From NCBI GenBank assembly GCA_963837255.1, contig CAWIMN010000012.1:58079-122078 (forward strand): DNA of 64,000 bases. The letters are read 5' to 3'. A program made the translations under genes and the position numbers. Under the pieces are notes generated by a model. It made no database searches and was not told the DNA's origin. It saw only the letters and a list, made by a program, of their open reading frames with translations. This DNA is from an uncultured Actinomycetota bacterium. GTDB taxonomy: Bacteria > Actinomycetota > Actinomycetes > Streptosporangiales > Streptosporangiaceae. Below, piece by piece: positions 8,868-17,634 of the stretch (its first letter is position 1; each line of letters opens with the position of its first letter).

Positions 8868-10397
8868 ATGAGCGCAGCGGGCAGTGCCGGTCCAGCGGGC
8901 GCGGATGTGCTGATCGCCATCGACGTCGGCACATCGGGAGCCCGCGCGTGTGCGTTTTCTGACTCCGGTGCTGCACTGCAGCAGGTCCGCCGCTCCTACC
9001 CGACCGACCTGCCGGCCGAGGGCTGGGCGGAGCAGGACGCTAGCCGCTGGCAGTCCGCTGGCCTGTCCGCGCTTGGCGCGCTGGTCCGGTCGCTCGGCGG
9101 GCGCTGCCGCATCCGCGCGATCGGGGTGACCGGGCAGTGCCCGAGCGTGGTGCCACTCGACCACCGGGACAAGCCACTGCGGCCCGGGATCATCTACCGG
9201 GACAACCGGGCCACGGCCGAGGCCACGTGGATGCGGGAGCAGGTCGGGGACCGCGAACTGCACGCCCTCACCGGCCATCTACCTGCCGCGTTCCATGTCG
9301 CAGCCAAGATCCTCTGGATCCGTACGCATGAACCTGACGTATTCGCCGCCGCCCGCCGCTTCGTCCAGCCAACGGACTACGTCGCGCTGACGCTGACCGG
9401 CAACGCCACCACCGACTGGTCGATGGCCGCGGCCACGGCCCTGCTGGACCTCCGAGCCCGGCGCTGGGCTTATGACCTGCTCGCCGCGCTTGACCTCGAC
9501 GCCGGCCTGCTGCCGGACGTCCGTCCATCGTGGAGCATCGTCGGCGAGGTCCGTGCGCCGCTGGCGCGACGACTCGGACTGCCGGCGAACGTTCCGGTGG
9601 TGGCTGGCGCAGGGGACAGCATCGCCTGCGCGCTCGGGGCCGGGGTTACCGCGTCCGGCCCCGTCAGCGAGATGGCGGGCAGCTCCAGCTGCTTCAATTC
9701 CGTGGTCGCCGCGCCGCTGGACGATGAGGACGTCACCCACTACCCGAGCATCGTGGACACCAGGGGCTACGTCACCGAGGTTGGCATCAACACCACGGGG
9801 GAGGCGCTCGACTGGCTCGCCCAGCTCTTCTACTCCGGTCCGTCCCGTGCACCGCGCGCGGCCGATTACCGGCGCATGGCAAGCGCAGCGGCAGCGGTCC
9901 GGCCGGGAGCGGACGGCCTGCTGTTCGCGCCCGTGCTCGGTGACGGCGAGCGGGACGACCCGGCTTTGCGCGGCGCGGCGACCGGGCTCTCGCTGCGCCA
10001 CGACCGCGGCGCCTGGGCTCGTGCCGCCATGGAAGGAGTCGCGCTGGAGGTGCGCGCGCGCCTGGAAACTCTCGGCCGGGCGTCGCTGCCGCCTACCGAG
10101 CTGCGAGTCTCCGGCGGCGGCGCTGGCCTGGCGATCTGGAACCAGATTAAGGCGGACGTCGCCGGGATCCCGGTCGTACGGGTGGCGGGCGATTCAACCG
10201 CGGCTGGCACCGCGATGCTGGCCGGGCTCGGTGCCGGCGTGTACCGGGATCCAGCCGAAGCGGTCGCGGCGGGATACCGGCCTGCCGACCGGGCTGAACC
10301 AGACGCGGCGCTGCACGGGCTGTACGAGGAGATGTACGAGCGCTACCGCACGCTGATCGGATCAGCTGTCGTGCGCCCGGAGACGAAGGAGCCCTGA
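8868..10397 (+). CDS. FGGY-family carbohydrate kinase
   Basis: N-terminal IAIDVGTSGARA, size of 509 aa, and C-terminal FGGY domain pattern (GGGA...NQI.ADV). Confidence 0.9.
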   Translation: MSAAGSAGPAGADVLIAIDVGTSGARACAFSDSGAALQQVRRSYPTDLPAEGWAEQDASRWQSAGLSALGALVRSLGGRCRIRAIGVTGQCPSVVPLDHRDKPLRPGIIYRDNRATAEATWMREQVGDRELHALTGHLPAAFHVAAKILWIRTHEPDVFAAARRFVQPTDYVALTLTGNATTDWSMAAATALLDLRARRWAYDLLAALDLDAGLLPDVRPSWSIVGEVRAPLARRLGLPANVPVVAGAGDSIACALGAGVTASGPVSEMAGSSSCFNSVVAAPLDDEDVTHYPSIVDTRGYVTEVGINTTGEALDWLAQLFYSGPSRAPRAADYRRMASAAAAVRPGADGLLFAPVLGDGERDDPALRGAATGLSLRHDRGAWARAAMEGVALEVRARLETLGRASLPPTELRVSGGGAGLAIWNQIKADVAGIPVVRVAGDSTAAGTAMLAGLGAGVYRDPAEAVAAGYRPADRAEPDAALHGLYEEMYERYRTLIGSAVVRPETKEP

Positions 10398-10398
10398 G

Positions 10399-11313
10399 AT
10401 GCGCGTGCGCCTCGGCATCAACAACTGCTTCGCCGTTAAGCGGTGGCCGCGTCCCGCCGACTGGGCGCAGGTGGTGAGCGACGAGCTGGGCCTTGACCTC
10501 GTGGAGCTATCCCTGGACCTGATCGAGGATATCGGCAGCCCCGCAGAACGCGAGCGCGCAGCCGAGCAGGTCCGCGCGGCGCTCAGCCAGTACCGGCTGC
10601 AGGCCGACACCACCTTCACCGGCCTGGCGGCGTACTCCCAGAACCTGCTCATGCATCCCGATCCGCAGCGTCGGCGCGCTGCAGTGGACTGGTACCTGGC
10701 AGTCATCGACATGACCGCCAGGCTGGGAGCCAAGGGCACGGGCGGCCACGTCGGCGCCATGAGCGTGTCCGACTGGTCCGACCCGGCCCGGCGGGCGGAT
10801 CGCTGGTCCGGCCTGCGGCAGGGACTCGCCGAGCTCACCCGCCACGCTCACGACGCGGGCCTGGACTATTTCCTCGTCGAGAACCTCGCATCGTGCCGCG
10901 AGCCATCGACGATGTCCGGGCTGGAGGCACTGCTGACCGACGGCGACAGCGAGCGCGTGCCCGTGCGCTTGTGCCTAGACCTCGGTCATCAGTGCGTGCC
11001 CGGCACCAGCGGGCCGGACCGGGATCCCTATGCATGGCTGCGGCATTTCGGCAGCACGCTCGCCGAGGTGCAGCTCCAGCAAAGTGACGGCGTGGCCGAC
11101 CGGCACTGGCCGTTTACTTCAGAACGGAACGGGGTCGGTCGCGTTGATCCCGGCCGGGTCCTCGACGTGCTGGCCGACTCAGGAGCCAGCGATGTGCTGC
11201 TGATACTGGAGGTCATCCCGGCCTTCGAGCAAGACGATGCCGAGGTGGTCGCCGACCTGCGGGCGTCGGCCGAGCACTGGGTCAGCGCGCTCACCGAGCG
11301 GGGGTATCGATGA
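10399..11313 (+). CDS. Sugar phosphate isomerase/epimerase (xylose isomerase-like TIM barrel)
   Basis: 304 aa with the family pattern (VENL...LCLDLGH...E.Q...D). One-nt gap after the kinase stop. Confidence 0.8.
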   Translation: MRVRLGINNCFAVKRWPRPADWAQVVSDELGLDLVELSLDLIEDIGSPAERERAAEQVRAALSQYRLQADTTFTGLAAYSQNLLMHPDPQRRRAAVDWYLAVIDMTARLGAKGTGGHVGAMSVSDWSDPARRADRWSGLRQGLAELTRHAHDAGLDYFLVENLASCREPSTMSGLEALLTDGDSERVPVRLCLDLGHQCVPGTSGPDRDPYAWLRHFGSTLAEVQLQQSDGVADRHWPFTSERNGVGRVDPGRVLDVLADSGASDVLLILEVIPAFEQDDAEVVADLRASAEHWVSALTERGYR

Positions 11314-12122
11314 ACAGCGGCGTCGTCAGGGGCGATGCGGGCGATATCTACTACCAGACCACCGGGAACGGCCCGCAGACCCTGGTGCTGATCAACGGAG
11401 TCGGCGACGACCTGGACGGCTGGGTCAACCAGGTGGACGATTTTGTGCGCGCTGGCCTGCGCGTGGTCAGCTTTGACAACCGGGGCGTCGGCCGCTCCAG
11501 CCAGCCCCCCGGCCCGTACACCAGCCGTCAGATGGCCGCCGATCTGAGGACCGTGGTGGCGGAGCTTGACCTGCCGCGCTTCCACCTGCTCGGGGTGTCG
11601 ATGGGCGGTGCCATCGCCCAGGAATACGCGGTCGCCTATCCCGATGACCTGGCCTCGCTGGTCCTGGCCAACACGTTCGCCGTCGCCGACCCGTTCACGG
11701 CAGCCGCGTTTGCTACCTGGGTCACGGTCGCGGAGGCCGCGGGCATGGCGGTCATGATGGAGCAGCAGGCACCCTGGATCTACAGCCCGGCGTTCTATCA
11801 GAGGTATCCGGAGCGAGTTGCCGAATTGATCGCCGCGGCCCAGCAGAGCACTCAGCCTCCGGCCGCGTTCGCGGCGCAGATGGCGGCGCTCACCGGGCAT
11901 GACTGCACCGGCCGGATCGGCTCGGTGCGAGTGCCCACCCTCGTCCTGGTCGCCGAGGACGACATCATCATCCGGCCGCAGTTGTCCCGGCAGCTGTTCG
12001 AGGCGCTCGGGGCCGGCATCGGCACCTGGGCGGTCGTTCCCGGTGGTCACGCCGCGTTCTGGGAGAACCCGGCGCCCTGGAACCAGGCAGTCATAGATTT
12101 CGTGCGGGCAGCAGCGGGCTGA
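11310..12122 (+). CDS. Alpha/beta-fold hydrolase
   Basis: LLGVSMGGAIA nucleophile elbow (GxSxG) and C-terminal GGHAAFWENP. ATGA overlap with the upstream gene. Confidence 0.85.
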   Translation: MNSGVVRGDAGDIYYQTTGNGPQTLVLINGVGDDLDGWVNQVDDFVRAGLRVVSFDNRGVGRSSQPPGPYTSRQMAADLRTVVAELDLPRFHLLGVSMGGAIAQEYAVAYPDDLASLVLANTFAVADPFTAAAFATWVTVAEAAGMAVMMEQQAPWIYSPAFYQRYPERVAELIAAAQQSTQPPAAFAAQMAALTGHDCTGRIGSVRVPTLVLVAEDDIIIRPQLSRQLFEALGAGIGTWAVVPGGHAAFWENPAPWNQAVIDFVRAAAG

Positions 12123-12137
12123 CCGGCAGAAAGGTCA

Positions 12138-12965
12138 TTGATGATCATGTCGCTCGAGGAGAGATTCGGCACCAGCAAGCCCGTGATCGCGATGGTGCAC
12201 TTCCCCGGTCTGCCAGGCCGGCCGCGCCATGACCGCGACGGGGGCCGGGCCCGACTGCTGGATGTGGTCGGCCGCGATCTTGAGGTGCTGCAGGACGCCG
12301 CCGTCGATGCCGTGCTGTTCTGCAATGAGGCCGACATCCCGTATCAGCTCGAGGTAGGCCCGGAGATACCGGCGGCGATGGCGGCCGTGATCGGTGAGTT
12401 GCACTCAACGATCCGCGTTCCCTTCGGAATTAACGTGCTGTGGGACGCCCGGGCCAGCCTGGCAGTGGCACGTGCCACCGGGGCCACATTTATCCGCGAG
12501 GTCTTGACCGGCGTTTACGAGAGCGACATCGGCATGATCGCACCAGCGCTGGGCGAGGTGGCGGCCTACCGCGAGGCGATCGGCGCTGGCGATGTCGCGC
12601 TGTTCGGCAACATCACTCCCGAGTTCAGCAGCTCAGTCGGAACGCGCAGCGTGGCCGAGCGGGCCAAGAGCGCGAGCTTCCTCGGCCTTGATGCGATCCT
12701 CATCAGCGGCCCGGAGGCGGGCGTTTCCTTCGCGATGAGCGACTTGCGTGCCGCGAAGGCGGCAGTTCCGCAGACCGCGGTTCTCGCCAACACCGGCGTG
12801 CAGGCGGACCGGCTGGCCGAGATCCTCGCGGTTGCGGACGGCGTGGTCGTGGGCACCAGCCTGAAGGTGGACGGTATTACGTGGAATCCCGTTGATCCGG
12901 GCCGGGCCCGGCACTTCATGGAGACAGCCAGGAGCGTTCGTGCCGCTGCTGAAATCGCCAGCTGA
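12138..12965 (+). CDS. BtpA/SgcQ-family TIM-barrel protein (copy 2)
   Basis: Collinear with 7077..7898 over the full length, more than half of positions identical by eye. Shared blocks include KPVIAMVHFPGLPGRPRHD and VLFCNEADIPYQ. Confidence 0.85.
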   Translation: MMIMSLEERFGTSKPVIAMVHFPGLPGRPRHDRDGGRARLLDVVGRDLEVLQDAAVDAVLFCNEADIPYQLEVGPEIPAAMAAVIGELHSTIRVPFGINVLWDARASLAVARATGATFIREVLTGVYESDIGMIAPALGEVAAYREAIGAGDVALFGNITPEFSSSVGTRSVAERAKSASFLGLDAILISGPEAGVSFAMSDLRAAKAAVPQTAVLANTGVQADRLAEILAVADGVVVGTSLKVDGITWNPVDPGRARHFMETARSVRAAAEIAS

Positions 12966-12968
12966 CTG

Positions 12969-13685
12969 GTGAGATCGTCAGCTGACTGGCCGCCCGTCGC
13001 GGCCGTCATCCTGGACATGGACGGCCTGCTCATCGACACCGAGCCGGCCTGGCGTGCGGCCGAGGTCAGTGTTTTCGCCGCCTTGGGCGTGCAGCTCGGT
13101 GAGACCGAGTTGCTGGCGACGACGGGTCAGGCTATCGGCGAAGTAGTCGCTACGTGGCGGCAGCGCCAGCGACCGCACGGCGGCGAGATCGACCACCTGA
13201 CCAACGCTGAGATCGCCGATCGGATCACCGATGTCGTGGTTGCCCAGGTCAAGGCCCAAGGCCAGCCGATGGCCGGCGTGCCGGAGGCGATCACCATATT
13301 CCGCAGGCGCCGGCTCGGGCTCGCTATCGCGTCGTCATCGCCGATGCGGCTGATCGACGCGGTATGCGAACGGCTCGGCCTCGCCGGGATCGAGGTCCGT
13401 TGCTCCGCGTTCGACGAGGCCAACGGCAAGCCAGCGCCCGATGTCTACCTCGCCGCCGCGCGCAAGCTGGGCGAAAGCCCGGCGCGCTGCCTGGCGATCG
13501 AGGATTCCCCGAACGGCGTGCTGGCGGCGAAAGCCGCCGGAATGCGCTGCCTCGCCGTTCCGGATCCGCTGCTCGCCGGCGATCCGCGCTATCGCGCGGC
13601 CGACCTGGTGCTTGCCTCGCTCGATTGCCTGGACAATCAAGCCCTCCGGCTCCTGGGATTCCGGGACCGAGGAATTGCGCGGTGA
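12969..13685 (+). CDS. HAD-IA phosphatase (beta-phosphoglucomutase/sugar-phosphatase-like)
   Basis: VILDMDGLLIDTEP (DxDG motif I), IASSS (motif II) and EDSPNGVLAAKAAGM (motif IV). GTG start. Confidence 0.85.
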   Translation: MRSSADWPPVAAVILDMDGLLIDTEPAWRAAEVSVFAALGVQLGETELLATTGQAIGEVVATWRQRQRPHGGEIDHLTNAEIADRITDVVVAQVKAQGQPMAGVPEAITIFRRRRLGLAIASSSPMRLIDAVCERLGLAGIEVRCSAFDEANGKPAPDVYLAAARKLGESPARCLAIEDSPNGVLAAKAAGMRCLAVPDPLLAGDPRYRAADLVLASLDCLDNQALRLLGFRDRGIAR

Positions 13686-13722
13686 TCAGCAGCGCGCGTT
13701 AGCGGGCGGAGAGGGGGCAGGC

Positions 13723-14571
13723 GTGCCCGAGGGATGGGAGTGGGATGAGAGCTTGTTTGCGGGCAGCGCTGCGTTCTATGACCGCGGCCGCGTTCCGTAC
13801 CCGCCCGGGCTTGGCGATGCGTTCGCCGCAGTGGCCGACCTGCGCGGGTCGCCCCGACTGATCGACGTGGGTTGCGGTCCCGGCACCGTGGCGCTACGGC
13901 TGGCCGGTCTGTTCGCCGAGGTCGTCGGCGTGGACGCCGATCAAGGCATGATCGACGAGGCGACCCGGCTGGCTGCTGGGCGGAACCTGACGAACGCACG
14001 GTGGGTCCGGCTGAGGGCGGAGGAGCTGCCGGCGGGTCTGGGCACGTTCCGGTACGCCACGTTCGCCCAGTCCTTCCACTGGATGGATCGCGAGCTGGTG
14101 GCCGCCCGGATCTTCGACATGCTGACGCCCGGCGGCGCATTCGTGCACGTCGGCGGGCAAGAGATCGAGACACCGCCGCCCGAGCTGCCGCTCCCGCATC
14201 CGCTGCCGCCAGCGGACGACATCCGCCGTCTGAAGACGGCGTACCTGGGGCCGGAGCGGCGAGCTGGCCAGGGAGTGCTACGGCACGGGACGCCCGGCAA
14301 CGAGCGAGCGGTCCTGCAGGCGGCTGGCTTCGAGGCGCCGGTATCGATCAGGGTGACTGGCCGGCAGGTGCTGGAGCGGACCGTCGACTCCTCCGCAGCC
14401 GTGCCGGCGGTAGCGTTCCAGCTTCGGGTCGCGACCACTGGGCGATGGGCGTCCGCCGGGCCGCACTGGTACTCGTGGCGAAGCGGCCGAGCCGCCGGGC
14501 GAACCATTTGGGGGAGCTGTTCGAGAACCTCGCGGAGCAGCAGTCAGGGCAATCGAGTCGCGGGACGCTGA
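13723..14571 (+). CDS. Class I SAM-dependent methyltransferase, C-terminus doubtful
   Basis: LIDVGCGPGTVALRLA (motif I) and FAQSFHWMD. GTG at 13723 is in frame with the 13441 ORF. The last 60 or so codons lose GC3 bias, and another frame gains it. 28-nt convergent overlap with the VOC gene. Confidence 0.6.
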   Translation: MPEGWEWDESLFAGSAAFYDRGRVPYPPGLGDAFAAVADLRGSPRLIDVGCGPGTVALRLAGLFAEVVGVDADQGMIDEATRLAAGRNLTNARWVRLRAEELPAGLGTFRYATFAQSFHWMDRELVAARIFDMLTPGGAFVHVGGQEIETPPPELPLPHPLPPADDIRRLKTAYLGPERRAGQGVLRHGTPGNERAVLQAAGFEAPVSIRVTGRQVLERTVDSSAAVPAVAFQLRVATTGRWASAGPHWYSWRSGRAAGRTIWGSCSRTSRSSSQGNRVAGR

Positions 14572-14948
14572 TCGCGGCGAAGGGGATGATCGGCCGGTAT
14601 CTCGACCAGGACGATGCGGACACGATCGGGGTCCTCGATCCACATCTCGGTGAGTCCCCACGGCTCTACCTCAGGCGCGCGGAGTATGCGTGCGCCGGCT
14701 GAAGCGAGGCGGTCATGCTCAGCGTGTACGTCCCGTACCTGGAGCCAGATCATCACCGACTGCTCCGGCGCGCGGCCCGCGCTCCCTGAGATCTCCAGCA
14801 GCCCGCCGCCGAGGAAGAACACCATCGACGGATCGGCCTTGGAGCCAAACTCCCGGTACACGGCCAGGCCTAGCACGTCACGGTAGAAACGCCTGCTCCG
14901 GCCCAGGTCGGCGGGGCGCATCAGGATCCGGCTGCTCAGTACCTCCAT
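14544..14948 (-). CDS. VOC-family (glyoxalase/bleomycin-resistance/dioxygenase fold) protein
   Basis: 134 aa. RSRRFYRDVLGL...E.W...G.......DPD pattern is typical of VOC proteins. Confidence 0.8.
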   Translation of the reverse strand: MEVLSSRILMRPADLGRSRRFYRDVLGLAVYREFGSKADPSMVFFLGGGLLEISGSAGRAPEQSVMIWLQVRDVHAEHDRLASAGARILRAPEVEPWGLTEMWIEDPDRVRIVLVEIPADHPLRRDQRPATRLP

Positions 14949-15026
14949 GCCACGATCCTGCCCGCGGCGGCGGCCAAGGATGCGGGCAGTCGATTCAGGA
15001 AGTCCGCACGGGCGCTTGGTGCGTGA

Positions 15027-15788
15027 TTACGGCAGTCTCTCGTACACGACGACCTGGCTCTGGCTGTCGGAGGTGAACGGCGCCCGATCCCATCCGGCCC
15101 AGCGGTCCCTGAGGCGGAACCCGGTCATCCTGGCCATCAGGTCAAGCTCGGACGGCCACACGTAACGGTACGGCGCGGAGTGGCGGACCAGGCGCCCCCG
15201 GGATTCAATCCAGTGGTGCGACCACGCGATCTGCCCGGCCGTATCGTCGAAGGTCTCGATGCCGACGTGATGAGGATCGAGGGTGAAGACCCGGCCGATC
15301 TCCCCGGGAGGGATCCGGCGCAGCTGCGGAACGATCACCTCCACCACAAAGCAGCCGGTGGGCTCCAGGTGCGCCGCGGCGTTGCCGAAGACCGCCAGCT
15401 GATCCTCCTGCGTCGTGACGTTCATGATGGTGTTGGCCACCACGTACACGAGCCTGAAAGGCGTCCCCGGAACGCATGCCGTCGTCATGTCGCCGATCGT
15501 CACCGGCACGGCGTCGGCGCCGGGCTTGCCGGACAACCTGTCTGCCATGTGCTGAGACAGCTCAAGGCCATGCACCGTAATCCCGCGGGCGCTCAGCGGA
15601 AGCGCCACCCGCCCAGTGCCGACCGCGAACTCCAGCGCGGGGCCATCCCTGGCCAGCTCCGCGAGCAGGCTGACCATGGGCTCGAGAGCTGACGGCTCGA
15701 ACATGGCTAGGTAGGTGCTGTCGTAGATCTCGGCCAGCTCTTCGCCCCAGGTGATCGAACCCACGTGCGGCAGCATCCCGCGAAGCAT
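15027..15788 (-). CDS. Class I SAM-dependent methyltransferase
   Basis: ALEFAVGTGRVALPLS (motif I) and LHGLELS. I chose the internal ATG at 15788 so the gene sits just downstream of the MerR gene rather than overlapping it. Confidence 0.8.
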   Translation of the reverse strand: MLRGMLPHVGSITWGEELAEIYDSTYLAMFEPSALEPMVSLLAELARDGPALEFAVGTGRVALPLSARGITVHGLELSQHMADRLSGKPGADAVPVTIGDMTTACVPGTPFRLVYVVANTIMNVTTQEDQLAVFGNAAAHLEPTGCFVVEVIVPQLRRIPPGEIGRVFTLDPHHVGIETFDDTAGQIAWSHHWIESRGRLVRHSAPYRYVWPSELDLMARMTGFRLRDRWAGWDRAPFTSDSQSQVVVYERLP

Positions 15789-15817
15789 TGCGAGCGGGCC
15801 ACCGGTTTTCTCCTGGG

Positions 15818-16666
15818 CTACCCGTCGGCCGCTGGCCCGACGCGCATACTGCGAGGTGGCAGGATCGCCTGGAGCTCGGTCACCCACGTGTCGCGAGGGC
15901 CGTCACAGTCGATGTAGAGCTCTCGCTCGGACGACGTCGCATGCTCGCCAGCTCGGCCGATCCACTCGTGCAGCGCGCGGTATGCATCGGCGAAACGGTC
16001 AGGCGCGCCACGCACGACGGTAGTTGCCGCGCGTTCGACGGCAGGCAGATCCATGGTTGTCAGGCCGTCGCCCTCGATGGTCACGCCGGCCGGGATCGGG
16101 AGCGCTGTCGTGAGCCGAAGCGGCAGTTCCTCGTCGGTCGTGTCGTCGTAGAGGGCGAGGGACAGCCCGTCGAAGCCCAACCGGTGCTCCGCCAGGGCGG
16201 CGTGCAGGCGCGGGTACATGCGGCCGCAGGCCTCGCCGATGTCCTCGACGCCACCGAGATTCTCGCTCAGGGCGACCACCCGCACGGGCTCGAGCCGTTT
16301 GACGATCACTTGATAGTCGGCCATGGGTCCCTCCTCTAGTTGCGCCAGCCGTATCTCGACCCTGGTGAGCTGTTCCGTCTGTACAGCGAGCTGGGCGCGG
16401 GCTTCGGCCTGGCGCAACCGCAGGATGCCGCGCAGCTGCTCGATCGTGACGTCGTCGTCGATTAGCTGGCCGACCGCGGACAACGACACACCCAGGTCAC
16501 GCAGCACGAGGATGCGGTGCAGCCGCAGGACCTGGTCGGGCGTGTAATGCCGATAACCGGTGAGCGGGTCCACCCAGGCCGGCTTGAGCAGGCCGATGTC
16601 GTCGTAGTGCCGCAACGTGCGTACCGACACTTGCGCCAGGCGCGCAACGGTGCCTATCCCGTACAT
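15818..16666 (-). CDS. MerR-family regulator with GyrI-like effector-binding domain
   Basis: MYGIGTVARLAQVSVRTLRHYDDIGLLKP HTH, a coiled-coil linker and a C-terminal GyrI-like domain. Confidence 0.85.
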   Translation of the reverse strand: MYGIGTVARLAQVSVRTLRHYDDIGLLKPAWVDPLTGYRHYTPDQVLRLHRILVLRDLGVSLSAVGQLIDDDVTIEQLRGILRLRQAEARAQLAVQTEQLTRVEIRLAQLEEGPMADYQVIVKRLEPVRVVALSENLGGVEDIGEACGRMYPRLHAALAEHRLGFDGLSLALYDDTTDEELPLRLTTALPIPAGVTIEGDGLTTMDLPAVERAATTVVRGAPDRFADAYRALHEWIGRAGEHATSSERELYIDCDGPRDTWVTELQAILPPRSMRVGPAADG

Positions 16667-16687
16667 GCCAGTTACTCAACCAGCTGA

Positions 16688-16895
16688 CCCGACGGAAGAG
16701 TCAAGCAGTCCAGGGTGTACTCGATCCTGACCCGCGGCATCGAGAACGACGTGCTGCCGACCTGCTCGCGGTACGGGATGGGCGTGATCCCGTACAGCCC
16801 GCTCGCTGGCGGCCAAGGCGGGGCTGACCTTGGTCCAGCTAGCGCTCGCGTTCGTCCCCCGCCACCCCGCGGTGACGGCGGCGATCATCGGTTGC
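16688..16895 (+). pseudogene. Aldo/keto reductase relic (5'- and 3'-truncated, with an internal deletion and frameshift)
   Basis: Frame a reads VYSILTRGIENDVLPTCSRYGMGVIPYSPLAGG. Frame b reads AKAGLTLVQLALAFVPRHPAVTAAIIG. Both are hallmark AKR blocks that normally lie about 60-70 residues apart, and here they are fused out of frame. There is no AKR N-terminus or C-terminus. Confidence 0.6.
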
Positions 16896-16931
16896 GCAGG
16901 AAGGGCACGTGCGTGGCGCTGGTCCTGCTGG

Positions 16932-17558
16932 TCAGCGGGACCGGGTGGCCGAGCCAGCGGTAGTCGCGCGTGCGCGCAGATGCACTTGCTCGCCCTGCGG
17001 GCCGAATATGATCAGCAGCTCGAGCGGGTCGAGCCCGACGTTGGCCGATCCGTGCGGAACCCGCGTGTCAAACTCGGCTGCCTCACCGCCGGTTAGGACA
17101 AAGTCTTCGTCGCCCAGGGCGAGCCGGAGCGTGCCCGCGACGACGTAGAGCCATTCGTGGCCCTCGTGAACGCGCTGCTCGAGACGCTCAGGGGGGTTCG
17201 GGTTCATGGGCACGATCTGCTTGAAGATGTTGAGGCCGCCTGGGTTGCGGGTGAGCGGAAGCCAGGTCGTGCCGTGGCGCTTGACCGGACGCGGGTAGAT
17301 CCGCGGATCGCCGGTGGCCGGAGCGCCGACGAGCTCGTCCAGCTGGACTTGGTGTGCCTGCGCCAGCGGCAAGAGCAGTTCCAGAGTGGGCCGCCGCTGC
17401 CCTGATTCCAGCCGCGACAGCGTGCTGACCGAGATTCCGGTAATCTCGGCTAGCCGCTCCAGCGTCGCGCCGCGCTGCTTGCGGAGGGCGCGCAGCCGGG
17501 GCCCCACGGCCGTCAGTACGCTGTGCAGGTCGTCAGTCACGGCAGCAGATTTTGCCAT
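16932..17558 (-). CDS. XRE-family HTH regulator with C-terminal cupin domain
   Basis: LRKQRGATLERLAEITGISVSTLSRLESGQRRP plus a cupin block (HEGHEWLYVVAG...GEAAEFDTRVPH). Confidence 0.85.
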   Translation of the reverse strand: MAKSAAVTDDLHSVLTAVGPRLRALRKQRGATLERLAEITGISVSTLSRLESGQRRPTLELLLPLAQAHQVQLDELVGAPATGDPRIYPRPVKRHGTTWLPLTRNPGGLNIFKQIVPMNPNPPERLEQRVHEGHEWLYVVAGTLRLALGDEDFVLTGGEAAEFDTRVPHGSANVGLDPLELLIIFGPQGEQVHLRARATTAGSATRSR

Positions 17559-17634
17559 AACCGCAAGTTAGTTTGCCACTCGTTCACTTAGCGCGGACAC
17601 CACGGCCTTGCTTAGAGGCCTGCCGAGGCGGCGG

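Noticed and set aside
13441-13722. Upstream extension of the methyltransferase ORF.
   Set aside because: It lies entirely inside the HAD phosphatase gene in a different frame. The GTG at 13723 follows the HAD stop.
16667-16714. MerR-type promoter (TTGACT, 19-nt spacer, TTGAGT) with dyad symmetry upstream of the 15818..16666 MerR gene.
   Set aside because: The -10 candidate is poor and sits only about 8 nt from the start codon. The supposed dyad is imperfect, so there is not enough evidence to report it as a feature.
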